DNA of 64,000 nucleotides. It comes from a bacterium (GTDB lineage Bacteria; UBA8248). Shown piece after piece: positions 1 to 10,862 of this stretch (position 1 is its first letter; every line of letters starts with the position of its first letter). The DNA lies in NCBI GenBank assembly GCA_965203325.1, contig OZ241875.1, positions 608,001 through 672,000 on the forward strand, written 5' to 3'. The notes beneath the pieces were generated by a model. It made no database searches. It was not told where the DNA came from and worked only from the letters and a program-made list of their open reading frames with translations. The position numbers and the translations under genes were made by a program.

Positions 1-1
1 G

Positions 2-559
2 ATGAATGAGGATGAGTCGACTTTATCCCTGTCAGACAAGGTGTTGGACCGGGCAAATGTTTTGCGTTTTCCAAAACCGGACGAGCTTAAGTCGAATCTA
101 CCGACGGCAGGCGAGCAGCACCAGTCACAAGGTTACCTGCCCAAGTCGCGCTGGACACAAGAGTGGATGCGTAGTGAGAAGAATATGGACACAACCGTAT
201 TGAATTTGTCGTCCAGCATTGTCGAGGACATTAATGGAATTATGGACTCCATGGGACGGCCGTTTGGTCACCGTATGGGCCAAGCAATATTACATTACGT
301 GGCGAACTATCCTTCCGATCTTAACCAGTACAACTCTCTGAAGGCTGTTAATATGGCAATGTGCGATCAAATAGAACTGAGAATTCTCCCGAGGTTGCGT
401 GGCGTCCTAGTAGAGGAGAATCGCACCCATCTAATTCAACTCATCGATGTTGTAAAGACATTGGAGGATGACTCGCTAGCGAAAGCGATCGATCATGCTA
501 TACAGCGCTCGCGCGACACTAACGGCCTGTTTGTCTGGCGTGGGCACACCAGAGAATAA
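2..559 (+). CDS. McrB-family AAA+ GTPase, C-terminal part (5' truncated by window edge)
   Basis: Begins MNEDESTLSLSDKVLDRAN: the NxxD signature plus the arginine-finger segment of McrB-like GTPases. Directly upstream of a DUF2357-like gene. Confidence 0.8.
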   Translation: MNEDESTLSLSDKVLDRANVLRFPKPDELKSNLPTAGEQHQSQGYLPKSRWTQEWMRSEKNMDTTVLNLSSSIVEDINGIMDSMGRPFGHRMGQAILHYVANYPSDLNQYNSLKAVNMAMCDQIELRILPRLRGVLVEENRTHLIQLIDVVKTLEDDSLAKAIDHAIQRSRDTNGLFVWRGHTRE

Positions 560-570
560 AATTCCGAGTT

Positions 571-2178
571 ATGGCGACTCCAGACCTGATCTTTTTGCGA
601 TTGCCTTGGGGCCTCATCGGGGGCCCCGGGACACGGCGGAACATTCCTGCTCCCGCGGTCGTACAGGAAAGCGGCCGCGTCGCCCCCCTACTGTGTAGTC
701 GTGACGAACGGACCATTCTGCTCAACGGTGATGAGTTCCAGGGCGAATTATTCGTCGAAACCCAGACGCGTTTTGGCGAAAAACAGCGAGTCTGGGAAAT
801 TCCAATCCCGCTGCACGATTACGAGTCCCAGACCCTGCGTTTCCACTCTTGGGACCGCGACGCTCCGATCGAGTGGCAGCACCGTGTCAGTTGTCCGTCA
901 AACAGCCCTTCGGTCTCTGAGGACGATGAAGACCAGATGGGAGTTGGAAGCCTCATTGTCCATTTTTTGCAGACCATTGTCGCACGGATGCAGGATTTCG
1001 AGATTGCCTTAACAACCGGGCAGGATTCGTGGGATCATGTTCTCGAACTCTGGCTCGATCCAGAAGTGCCGCGTGAGCCTACAATGGATATCCTGGTGCG
1101 ACACGCGCGTGAATACCAGGCCACCTGGACCGATATCGCTGAGCATCCAAGACGATTGCTGAATCGTAGCCGCGAGCTCGTGGCTATTTCACGTGTGCAA
1201 GAAATTGATGTGCAGTGCATGCAATGGTTGTCACGCCAACCTGGTGAAACATTGGCGCAACGAGCGGGGGATCGGCAGCGTATTCTAGCGCTGGCTCGCC
1301 ATGAAAACCGAAATACTCTCGAGAATCGCATTTTCCTTGATCTCATGGTTCGGAGTGCAGCCGCAGCGCGGGACTACCTCGCTATGAACAAAGGTCGTTC
1401 GGTCACGTCGAGGACTCAATCGATTGAACGATACAAACGGGAGTGCCTCAATCTCATTATTGAGCTTAACGCTCAGGGCGTGTGGCGCCAGATTGAGCCG
1501 GTCCAACCCAATTATGTCCTGTTATACGATGAACGCTATCGTCATGTCTGGACTGCGCGGCAAGAAATCATCCAACGTGAACGGGCTGCGGACAATCTTT
1601 GGCGCTGGCAGCATCGGTCTTGGGCGGAGTTCTGCAAATCGGTGGTCGCCGTTTCCATGCTTTGGATTTCCGGTGCCGAGCGCTGCTTTGCCACGCCGTT
1701 GTTCGTGGCAAACGAGCATCAGCGCGGACAATGGCTAATCCATGATGATCCGATGATCGTCATCGCCCATTGGCAAAAGGGGTGGGTTGTGGAGCTGTTA
1801 TCAGGCAATTCGGATGATGTGTCCACTAAAAAACGCAAACTTTGCGCATCATTTTGGCTACGCTACACCAATTTGCGCGGCGGGGATTACACTTATATTG
1901 CAGTCTGGGCCGTTCATGGGTTGGACGGAGCGTTGGATCTACGCGAACTTGTTGACTCCGCTAACGAGGCGTTGGAAATGCTCCGTGACCGCAGCCACCT
2001 CGCCGGCGGAATCGTATTGGCTTCGAATGTCAACCCAAATTCCGTGAGTAGAACTGAACAGGCGCAGTTTGTATCGGGTTGCATGTTCGGTCCATATGAC
2101 AAACAACTAACCGACGCACTCGAGCATTTGGGCTATTACATTCAGAACTGGATCGAGGCTTCGTCGTGCGACCATTGA
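571..2178 (+). CDS. DUF2357 / McrC-like protein
   Basis: Motifs HPRRLL, NTLENR and PNYVLLYDERYRHVW are typical of DUF2357 McrC partners. Starts 11 bp after the McrB-like gene. Confidence 0.75.
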   Translation: MATPDLIFLRLPWGLIGGPGTRRNIPAPAVVQESGRVAPLLCSRDERTILLNGDEFQGELFVETQTRFGEKQRVWEIPIPLHDYESQTLRFHSWDRDAPIEWQHRVSCPSNSPSVSEDDEDQMGVGSLIVHFLQTIVARMQDFEIALTTGQDSWDHVLELWLDPEVPREPTMDILVRHAREYQATWTDIAEHPRRLLNRSRELVAISRVQEIDVQCMQWLSRQPGETLAQRAGDRQRILALARHENRNTLENRIFLDLMVRSAAAARDYLAMNKGRSVTSRTQSIERYKRECLNLIIELNAQGVWRQIEPVQPNYVLLYDERYRHVWTARQEIIQRERAADNLWRWQHRSWAEFCKSVVAVSMLWISGAERCFATPLFVANEHQRGQWLIHDDPMIVIAHWQKGWVVELLSGNSDDVSTKKRKLCASFWLRYTNLRGGDYTYIAVWAVHGLDGALDLRELVDSANEALEMLRDRSHLAGGIVLASNVNPNSVSRTEQAQFVSGCMFGPYDKQLTDALEHLGYYIQNWIEASSCDH

Positions 2179-4721
2179 TTGGCGTTGATTTGAACGGGGT
2201 TTGCGACTGGCTGGCGAGACTCAAGGCTGACGATGAGCAGGAGTACATCAATCTCGGTGTTCGCGGTGGTATAATCCGCCTCCAGGCGCAGGATGATCTG
2301 TGGTTGGCCGGGATGCAGAATGAATTCGCGCCTCATGGTCGCGGCTTAGGCTGGGGGAAACTGGGTTCCAGCGACAATCGGGTCGAGATGCTGAAGATGC
2401 TGGAGATAATTAACTCCTCGGAACCCGACGACCGAATCAGAAACGCAGTAACCTCCTCTTTACCTAGCCTCTTTGGTGACAGCGATCTCACGGTTTTTGC
2501 AGTTCCGGACATTCCAGCTTATGGAGAGGACTTCCGCGACCGACTACTCCGTCTACTGAATCTTGTCACCGGGCTGCGGCCTTTGCTGCTTTGGCGGCCA
2601 GTAGCGGCTCTTTTGGGCCACATTGCCAAAGCTCCTCAGGTTTTTCGCCCCGGTCTTGATATCGCGGTCTTATCGCTCATGGCGGATGGAATTCACCTGT
2701 CTTCTCTATCCCTGGAAAACCACGAAGGCAGTCCACTGCTAGTTCCGGTGCGAAACAAGTCCGGTCGACAAGCCTGCGGCTCCTTTCGCGGCGAGAGCTT
2801 GGTGGAGGATGCTCGAAGTCGCCTTGTTCGCTTATCTTCTTTGTCTGCCGAGGAAATTGAGGCATCTGCAATGGCACCTTGGCGCTTTGCAATAGGCGCG
2901 GAACAACAGCAAGAACTTATCCGGTTGACCGACGACCGCGGTTGGTTGAAGCTTCCGGATCTCGATTATAGTTCTCCATTCCCGGAAAAGATGGACTTGC
3001 CAGATAATTTCTTGGATAGCCTCCGTACGGTGCAAGCCCTACTGATCGAGGGACCATTTGCTGGTAACGAGGCATGGCGCGAGAACGTAGTAGCAGCATT
3101 GAAGGCGCATGTGAATCTGCCGACCTATATCGATACGTTGGACAGAACCACCGTTGCTCTAGGATGTTTGGAAGCGGCGAAACGGCATCGTATTGGTCAG
3201 CCGATATACTATGACTTTCTTCCCCAGCTTGAAATTAACGCGATGGTAGGAAACACCCCACAATTCGTCGACTTGATCGAACCTGGCGCTCGATGCCAAG
3301 GCGGGGAGCCCTTCTTTGCCGATGCGCCTGGGGAGTATGTCATAGACACGGGTGCGACGCGTCTCACCTTCTGGCTCTTCAAGGAAGATTTTGGGCCTGA
3401 GCGCCCCCGTAAGGCCGAAATAGAACTGCCAGTAGAAGCCGAGCAGCGATATGAACTTTCCGTTTCGGTCAAACAGACGCCGGGCCAAGGATTCGCAGAA
3501 GTGCAAATTTCGTCGTCTGAATTCGAGGCTCTCCGAAGATCCCCCATTACACTCGATTGGGCGAGTATGGAAGAGATCAATTTATCTCGTGAAGAAATCA
3601 TGAAGGAATTGGAAGATCAATCCCAAATTGGTCGTCGCTGGCCAGACATCGACGTCAAGCCCGGTCACCCTATTTTGTGGCTGGATGTACATCCTAAGGG
3701 AAACCTCATAGAACAGTTGGCGGCATATCGTACGAGTCCCTTGATGCGAAACTTCGAGATCGATCCGTGTGCAACATTACGCCTAAAAACTTTACGGGAA
3801 CGGTTCAGCAAGCCCGACACTCCCTCTTTTCTTGGCTCTAGGATAGGGTTAGACGTACAAGAACGCGGCAGTTTTCGCGCTCTCGATAGTAACGGGGAGT
3901 TACCTAAACCGACGAGTAACCTTCAGGTCCCGGAGCATACAGGCAAGGAATTGGATAAGACACTGCACAAATGTGAGAAAGATCTAGCCGTTCTCCAACA
4001 TAGTTTTGGTGAAAGGATAAAAAAGACGATTTTGGGTGATATTCTCGGTTTTGCCAGTTGGTGCTTCTGGCGTTGTCCGTCTAATATTGCCGAGGTATTT
4101 CTGGGCACATACGAAGGTAAGTTCTCATATGATATTAACCCCATCCTGCTTCGTGAAGGAGTGGCGCGCGTGGTTTGCAAGCCTAACGAACTGAAGCGCT
4201 ATTTTAAGGCTCTGGAAATACGGCTCACGAAAATAGGGCGCATCACAGCGGCAGAATACGCGGGCCTCGCCCGTGTGCTTGGAACCTCAGAAGAAGCAGC
4301 GGTCATCCTCGGTCCGGCGCTTGCAGACCGCATTGGAAATCTGACAGTCACAGATATTGCGGATGAAAACAACAAAGACATCAAAACGGCTTATAAAAAA
4401 CGATTCAAAGCGGCGCTGTTGATGCTGGCTGCACTACTGCGACACCGAAAAAAGCGCGAGGACTTTCTATATCCAGCAACCAAAGTCGCCCGACAGCTTC
4501 TCGAGAAACTGGACAGTGCGAAGGATCGCAACCGCCAATTCGCCGAAAAAAACAAACGATTGGCTTCTCGTGTCCAAGGAGATCTCAGGAGGAGGCGACT
4601 CGCTGCGGCGAAACGCATGGACAATAATGCCAAGATCATTTCCGAACTCAAGGAGTACATCCACCTCAAAGGTCAAGACCCGAATATTATCCGGCGCATC
4701 GATATGCTTGATGAAGAATGA
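2166..4721 (+). CDS. Degenerate Hsp70/actin-fold protein with C-terminal helical domain
   Basis: IGVDLNG, FAVPD...LLLWRPVAALL, IAVLSL, LLIEGP and TVALGC occur in the same order as the Hsp70 NBD motifs. Overlaps the upstream gene. Confidence 0.65.
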   Translation: MRPLIGVDLNGVCDWLARLKADDEQEYINLGVRGGIIRLQAQDDLWLAGMQNEFAPHGRGLGWGKLGSSDNRVEMLKMLEIINSSEPDDRIRNAVTSSLPSLFGDSDLTVFAVPDIPAYGEDFRDRLLRLLNLVTGLRPLLLWRPVAALLGHIAKAPQVFRPGLDIAVLSLMADGIHLSSLSLENHEGSPLLVPVRNKSGRQACGSFRGESLVEDARSRLVRLSSLSAEEIEASAMAPWRFAIGAEQQQELIRLTDDRGWLKLPDLDYSSPFPEKMDLPDNFLDSLRTVQALLIEGPFAGNEAWRENVVAALKAHVNLPTYIDTLDRTTVALGCLEAAKRHRIGQPIYYDFLPQLEINAMVGNTPQFVDLIEPGARCQGGEPFFADAPGEYVIDTGATRLTFWLFKEDFGPERPRKAEIELPVEAEQRYELSVSVKQTPGQGFAEVQISSSEFEALRRSPITLDWASMEEINLSREEIMKELEDQSQIGRRWPDIDVKPGHPILWLDVHPKGNLIEQLAAYRTSPLMRNFEIDPCATLRLKTLRERFSKPDTPSFLGSRIGLDVQERGSFRALDSNGELPKPTSNLQVPEHTGKELDKTLHKCEKDLAVLQHSFGERIKKTILGDILGFASWCFWRCPSNIAEVFLGTYEGKFSYDINPILLREGVARVVCKPNELKRYFKALEIRLTKIGRITAAEYAGLARVLGTSEEAAVILGPALADRIGNLTVTDIADENNKDIKTAYKKRFKAALLMLAALLRHRKKREDFLYPATKVARQLLEKLDSAKDRNRQFAEKNKRLASRVQGDLRRRRLAAAKRMDNNAKIISELKEYIHLKGQDPNIIRRIDMLDEE

Positions 4722-4940
4722 AGACTATCGAATATGCAAGTATGGAATAAACACTTCCTCCCACAAAAGTATTGAGATGTTCGATACAGGATTCTTGATT
4801 TGGAAATTGTCAGAGCATCTGTATAAGGACCACGATTTTCTCTCCTCGCCTAGTGGTATTGGTTCCTATTCCCCTCAGACCGGAATCGATATTCACCGAG
4901 TAGGAGAGATTGTCGTGGCCTTGAACCAGGAGAACCCGCT

Positions 4941-5283
4941 TTATTTCTCTGAAGACATTGCCCGTGCGATCAAGGCCCCGACCTTCTCCGCCGCCTCGAC
5001 GAGATGCCCGTCGGCGAGGTGCGCATAGCCCGCGGTGGTGCGGTGCCGCCGATGCCCGAGCAGCGCGCCGACCAGAGGCAAGTTCTCGCCCGACATAACA
5101 GCATGGCTGGCCATGGTGTGACGAAGGTCGTGGAGCCGCAACCTGCCGAGGTCCGCATCCTCGCACAACGCCCTTCAGCAGTTGCGAAAGGATAGTATCC
5201 CCGTCCATTGGCGTAGTCTGGAAATAGAAACCTGTCCGGAGAGCGCTCACCAGGCATGGCATCGATGATCGCCCTGGCGCCCC
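4941..5283 (-). pseudogene. Tyrosine integrase C-terminal remnant
   Basis: HDLRH...LLGH...TTAGYAHL catalytic motifs. The upstream part (FLFP) is in another frame and the N-terminus is missing. Confidence 0.85.
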
Positions 5284-5620
5284 GGTCGCGCGGCGCGGGT
5301 TTGCGAGAGAGGTTTCGGGGTGGCTACGCCGAGGGATACCGGCTTCTTGGGCGAAGAGGGTGGCGAGGAGTGTGTGAACGAGTCCTGCAAGGACGAAGGC
5401 CCTAGTGCTGCAGGGTGGATTGGGATTCGTCAAGGGTGCACTTCAGGGGTTGTGGGTTCCGCCCGGTCCTTTCCGCCAGGCTCCCGCACCCACGCCGTCT
5501 CCCTCCTCGTCCTCTGCAAGGTGCTTACCCGGCGTGCGATGAGGCGGCACAATCCTGTCTCATCGTCCTCTTTGCGCATACGCGCGATCACATATGGTTC
5601 AATTCAGTAAGGAACGCGGA

Positions 5621-5883
5621 ATGAGGTAATTGGATATTGCGGCCCACGTCGCAGATCGGGGCTCGCTGTCGAAAGACTAGCAGTGAATGCGCTTTTCGAG
5701 GCCATCCAGGGTGCTCTAGTGAACGGGGAGATGGTCTCCATACCGGAATACGGAACGTTCTCGACGAGGAACTGGCTGGCGCGGAGTGGACAAAACCCCC
5801 GCACGGAGAAGAACATCGACATGGCCGCCGCAAAGATGCCGTTCTTCAAGGCCAGCAAGGCCCTGCGGAACGCGGTGTGCTAG
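5621..5883 (+). pseudogene. HU/IHF-family DNA-binding protein, disrupted
   Basis: C-terminal GTF...GQNPRT...PFFKASKALR. The N-terminus reads ATG AGG TAA then LDIAAHVADRGSLSK, with a premature stop and a frameshift. Confidence 0.75.
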
Positions 5884-6210
5884 CGTTCGATCGGATTAGA
5901 GCAGGGGTGCGGGCCGGTTCGAACTACAATGTCTACAAAATAGCTGGCTAAAACCGACACCTTCTTCAATTTTGCTCCACCATTTTACAGGTGTGAGTGG
6001 GTGGCACGAAACCGGTATAACCGTTGTTAGTCTCAAGAAAATTGACTGGAATAACAATAAACTATACAAGAAGCTGCCGCTCGCGGTGGAATATTCGAAA
6101 TATTTTACTGGTCATTAGTAACAGAACCTAAGCATCGTTTACACGGCCTAAAATTTCAGGAACTCCATGTAGATCAAGACAATCGTCGGATAGTTGGCAG
6201 TGGAGGGACC

Positions 6211-8193
6211 ATGAAGATTGAGCGCTTGCGGATTAAGAATTTTCGGTGTTTTGGGGGCAACCACAAGAACATCCCTTTTGAGCATGGCGTCACCGCGTTC
6301 GTTGGCGGTAATGGCTCCGGCAAGACAGCAACCTTTCTTGCTCTTTCTCGCCTGTTTGGCGTCAGTTCGTCACAACGTGCCGTGCACCGGAGGGATTTTC
6401 ATATTCCCAAAGAGAGCCACCAATTGGAATCGGGAGCCTCGCTGACAATAGAGGCAATCTTCGGTTTCCCGGAACTGGAGGGTCTAGAAGAGGAGGAGTA
6501 CGAGCATGCGGTCCCCGAATTCTTCCTTCAGATGGCCGCTTCGGGCCCTGGCGAGCCGTTGAAGGTTCGCATGCAACTCCAAGCAACTTGGACTGATGAC
6601 AGTACACCGGATGGAAACATTGAAGAGGACTTGCGCTGGATAACGACGCTTGACGAAGTATTTGACTGGGATGAATGCGCAAGGGTCCAGGCGGTTCAGC
6701 GGGGTTCAATTCAACTGATCTACGTTCCCGCAGTTCGCGACGCTGCTAGTCAGGTTACGAATCTCTTAAAAGGACGCCTTTGGAAGGCAGCTCGCTGGTC
6801 GGAAGGGTTTCGAGATCGGAGCGCGCGAAGCGCGGAGAAGCTCCAACGGCGCTTTGAAGAGGAAGAACCAGCAGAGTTCTTAATCGAACGTTTGTCAGAT
6901 CGATGGCTGCAACTCAGCGAAGCAGACACCGACACCACGCCAGCCCTAAAGCTCGTTGACAGCCGTTTTGAGGAGTTGGTGCGAAAGGCCGAGTTCGTAT
7001 TTTCACCCGACGAAGAGGGGCGTGAACGTGAATTGGCTGATCTGAGTGATGGGCAACGATCTCTGTTTCATATCGCTCTCACCGCCGCCACGCTTGAGGT
7101 TGAGAAAGATGCATTTGCACAGTCGGCGGATGAGAGTTTTTTTGAGCATGAAAAGCTCCGCAGAACGCATTTGACGCTTTTCGCTATTGAGGAACCAGAG
7201 AACAGTCTGTCCCCGTTTTTTCTCTCGCGTATCGTATCGCAGGCGCGTGAGATCGGTGCCTTGCCAATGGCTCAGGTGATGATATCGAGCCATTCATCAG
7301 CAATCCTGAGTCGCATTGAACCTGAGGAGGTGCGGTATTTTCGACTTAATCGTCGGAGTCGGAGGGCTGTGGTCCGGAAGCTTTCGTTACCAAGAGATGA
7401 TCAGGAGGCGAGCCAATATGTGCGGCTCGCCGTGAAAGCATATCCGGAACTCTATTTCGCGCGATTCGTGGTTTTGGGCGAAGGGGATTCAGAGCGGCTT
7501 GTAATTCCGAGAATTGCAGGCGCCATGGGCCTGGCGCTCGACCCGTCCTTTGTCCCGGTCGTTCCCCTTGGAGGTCGTTTTATTGGCCACTTCTGGAAGC
7601 TGCTTTCAGATTTACGTATCCCGCATGCTACGTTGCTTGATTTGGATCTCGGTAGAAAACATGGCGGGGCAAGTGCAATAAAAAAAGCCGTCACCGCGCT
7701 CGAAGAGTATGGGGTCGACTTTTCCGAGAAACCTTGTGTTGAGAATGGAATGGTAGACCCTGAAGCAATTGATGACCTGGATGACGCAGAACTGCTTGAT
7801 GAGGAACACCACTGGTTCGACGCCCTTGCCAAAGAGAATGTCTTTTTCTCCCATCCGATCGATCTCGACTTTGCGATGCTATCCGCATTCCAGGAGGCGT
7901 ACCAAACGCCACATCCGGGCGGGCGGGGACCGCGAATGAGTAAGAATGCGATCGAAGAAAAAAAGAGAACCACGCTGAAGACCGGCGGTACCCCCGATTT
8001 ATATGATGAGGACTATAACGGCGCATTTTCCTGGTATCCTTACCTGTTCCTGAACCGCAGCAAACCTGAAACGCACATTGCGGCACTTTCCTGTATTGAC
8101 GAGCAGATTCTTGCGAAAGACGCACCCAACGAGATCAAAGCGCTGATCGATGCCATCTGCGAAGCGCTGGGGCTGCCGGAAGACGAAATATGA
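6211..8193 (+). CDS. gajA: Gabija GajA: OLD-family ABC ATPase-TOPRIM nuclease
   Basis: Walker A GGNGSGKT, LSDGQ signature, IEEPE Walker B, TOPRIM GEGDSE and DLD. Overlaps the UvrD gene by ATGA. Confidence 0.85.
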   Translation: MKIERLRIKNFRCFGGNHKNIPFEHGVTAFVGGNGSGKTATFLALSRLFGVSSSQRAVHRRDFHIPKESHQLESGASLTIEAIFGFPELEGLEEEEYEHAVPEFFLQMAASGPGEPLKVRMQLQATWTDDSTPDGNIEEDLRWITTLDEVFDWDECARVQAVQRGSIQLIYVPAVRDAASQVTNLLKGRLWKAARWSEGFRDRSARSAEKLQRRFEEEEPAEFLIERLSDRWLQLSEADTDTTPALKLVDSRFEELVRKAEFVFSPDEEGRERELADLSDGQRSLFHIALTAATLEVEKDAFAQSADESFFEHEKLRRTHLTLFAIEEPENSLSPFFLSRIVSQAREIGALPMAQVMISSHSSAILSRIEPEEVRYFRLNRRSRRAVVRKLSLPRDDQEASQYVRLAVKAYPELYFARFVVLGEGDSERLVIPRIAGAMGLALDPSFVPVVPLGGRFIGHFWKLLSDLRIPHATLLDLDLGRKHGGASAIKKAVTALEEYGVDFSEKPCVENGMVDPEAIDDLDDAELLDEEHHWFDALAKENVFFSHPIDLDFAMLSAFQEAYQTPHPGGRGPRMSKNAIEEKKRTTLKTGGTPDLYDEDYNGAFSWYPYLFLNRSKPETHIAALSCIDEQILAKDAPNEIKALIDAICEALGLPEDEI

Positions 8194-10043
8194 GCCTGAC
8201 CAGCCCGGAGGAATGGCAACCGCAAGGCGTCGATGATCTCGAACCCCGGGCTTGGGAAGCACTTAGGGAAACCGAGCAGAGCATCCTCGTTACAGCAGGC
8301 GCCGGTGCGGGCAAAACAGAATTTCTCGCGCAGAAAGCGGCTTACCTTCTGCAAACCGGGCTCTGCCCTGCTCCGAAGCGCATCTTGGCGATCAGCTTTA
8401 AGCGAGATGCTGCGCGTAATTTGACGCTTCGCGTTGAGAGGCGCTGTACGCCTGAACAGGCGCGCCGCTTCAATTCCTTCACATTCGATGCTTTCGCAAA
8501 GAACCTCGTTGATCGTTTCAGGGCAGCGATATCCGGCGAATTTCAGCCTCCCGCTGACTATCGCATCGTCATGCCGAGGAATCCGGATTTCCGTTATTTT
8601 CTTGAAAATAGGAATATTCGTGCCATTGGAGAACAGCAGCTTGAGCGGCTGGTTGCGCGAACACCTTTGCCGTTTAACGGTGATGGCCTAGCCGTTCAGA
8701 CCCTTCACGCGTATTGGCACGCGCAATTCGAGGACCACGAGGATGTCCTACTTTCCTTTGCCATGATAAACCGTCTAGCGCTTCGAATGCTGGAGGAAAA
8801 CCCATCAGTTCGGCGCGCCCTGCATCTTAGCTATCCGGTTATTTTCCTAGACGAATTCCAGGACACGACTTTCCCCCAATATGAATTGCTGCAGGCAGCT
8901 TTTAACGACGGTCATCCAATATTCACAGCGGTCGGAGACGACAAGCAACGCATCATGGTTTGGGCCGGCGCAATGCCTGAAGCATTTGATACATTTGCTG
9001 ACGATTATCACGCGCGCCGTATACCACTAATTTGCAATTGGCGTTCCCATGAGGATCTCGTTCGCATGCAACAAGTGATTGCCACACGGATCGATCCAAC
9101 AGTAGAGCATCCCGAGGCTCAGGCTGAGCGTTCAGTCGACGGCGAAATTGCGGCCATTTGGCAGTTCGCGACGGAGGAAGAGGAAGCCGAAATCCTCGCG
9201 GCGTGGATCGCGCAGGAAGTTGCCGTTGGTACGGTCGAACCGCACGACACGGCCATTCTGGTCCGCATGCATGCTAACAATGTAGAAAACAAGCTCTCCG
9301 ACGCTTTTGCCCGCTACGGGATTCGCCTGCGAAATGTCGCACGCGATGTCGGCGGGATTTCCATCCAGGATGTGCTTAGCGAGGAGCTCACGCAGATTCT
9401 TCTGCCACTTCTGCGCCTTGGAAGCACCATCCGCAGTCCGGACAATTGGGATTCTTCGCTTCGGAACCTTCAATTCCTCGAAGCCGTCGACACAGAGAAT
9501 GATGCGGCCTTGCTAAGACTGGAGCAGCGACTGGAAACGTTCGTGCGGGAGATGCGCCTTTCGATGCGCAGCGACAATCCCGATGAAGACTCCATTGAGG
9601 CTGCCGCATGCGCTGCTCTCGCGTTTGTGCAAGAGGAAAAAGTTCGACAAGCCTTTCCCGAATATCACCGTCAGCGTGATTTTGACCGCGCGTGGAGCGG
9701 GTTTGTAACGCTCCTGAAAGAATGCGCTGCGATAGGCGACACCTGGACCACCATCCTCGACGAATTCGAGGGAACCGACCAAGTCGTGCTGATGACCATC
9801 CATAGGAGCAAGGGCCTGGAATTTCATACGATGATCTTCTACGGGCTAGATGATCGAACTTGGCGGAGCCTAGCATCGCAGCGCCTTGAAGAACTGAACT
9901 CGTTCTTTGTTGCATTCACCAGAGCACGTCAACGTGCTTTCTTCACCTTATGTGATGAACGAGGGCGACCAGTTGCTTGGCTCGAAAGGCTCCTGCTTCC
10001 TGCTGGTGTCAACCGCGTGGAGGGTAAAATATTGATTGCGTGA
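8190..10043 (+). CDS. gajB: Gabija GajB: UvrD-like helicase
   Basis: AGAGAGKT, LDEFQD, VGDDKQRI, NWRS, MTIHRSKGLEF, VAFTRAR. Confidence 0.85.
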   Translation: MSLTSPEEWQPQGVDDLEPRAWEALRETEQSILVTAGAGAGKTEFLAQKAAYLLQTGLCPAPKRILAISFKRDAARNLTLRVERRCTPEQARRFNSFTFDAFAKNLVDRFRAAISGEFQPPADYRIVMPRNPDFRYFLENRNIRAIGEQQLERLVARTPLPFNGDGLAVQTLHAYWHAQFEDHEDVLLSFAMINRLALRMLEENPSVRRALHLSYPVIFLDEFQDTTFPQYELLQAAFNDGHPIFTAVGDDKQRIMVWAGAMPEAFDTFADDYHARRIPLICNWRSHEDLVRMQQVIATRIDPTVEHPEAQAERSVDGEIAAIWQFATEEEEAEILAAWIAQEVAVGTVEPHDTAILVRMHANNVENKLSDAFARYGIRLRNVARDVGGISIQDVLSEELTQILLPLLRLGSTIRSPDNWDSSLRNLQFLEAVDTENDAALLRLEQRLETFVREMRLSMRSDNPDEDSIEAAACAALAFVQEEKVRQAFPEYHRQRDFDRAWSGFVTLLKECAAIGDTWTTILDEFEGTDQVVLMTIHRSKGLEFHTMIFYGLDDRTWRSLASQRLEELNSFFVAFTRARQRAFFTLCDERGRPVAWLERLLLPAGVNRVEGKILIA

Positions 10044-10862
10044 CTTCACGGCCTCAAGAGAGAAGTAAGCGCACAATTGACAGGCTGGATGCTACATATA
10101 TTCTAGTTTACTCTTGCCAGTTATCAATGCGGCACTCTATGGCAGATCCCGCGAAGCAACCGAGTGTGTCTCCCCCCTTTTAAGGGGGCTTTGCCGCCAA
10201 AGGCCAGCCCACGGCTTCAGCCAATCCCAATAGGTGATGGGGGTCAGCACGTTTATGCAGTGCTCGCGTCAGACATGGTCGGCGTTGCGCGGAAGGTAGC
10301 GCTCGGCCGTCAGGAAGGCCTCGCACCGAAGCAAGACCGTACTCGCAGAAACCCGCCGAACTTTCTCGCTGATATAGCCGAACAACTGCTTTATTAGACG
10401 AGCCGAGCGCGCAGGGTTGGCAAACGGTGTCCGAGACGACAACAAGCATGTCAGGCGCGTTCTTGCGACCGCCCCTCGGCCCGAAAGATGATGATTGCGC
10501 AATCATCAGGCGTACGTGCGACAAGGGTACGCATGTTGGTCATTTCTCCATTTATTCCACTGCGCAGCCATCTTTCTGATGGCATAGTTGCCTATTGGAA
10601 TACATTATGGCTTGCATCCTACGAGAGCCAATACGGTCCCACACAGACCAAGATAACAGAAATGTGTAATTCCCACGATTACCAAGCAAACGTCGGTGTC
10701 TCGAGTCTCTTCGGGACTTCCGTATTGAGAACATGGCCCCCGTTGGCCTTCTTGGCGATTAGGGCAAGAGCGAGCAGGGTGACAAGAGAACCGAGACTAA
10801 GTCGGACATAGGGAGCCCGCCCGTTTTCCAGGAAAGGCACATGTGCCGCTTGGGTCTTTTTA

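Noticed and set aside
5400..5560. oriT-like ATCCTG motif near the integrase remnant
   Set aside because: The match is too short and there is no relaxase in the window.
10164..10860. Short overlapping ORFs after gajB
   Set aside because: Look like frameshifted debris; no family could be recognised.
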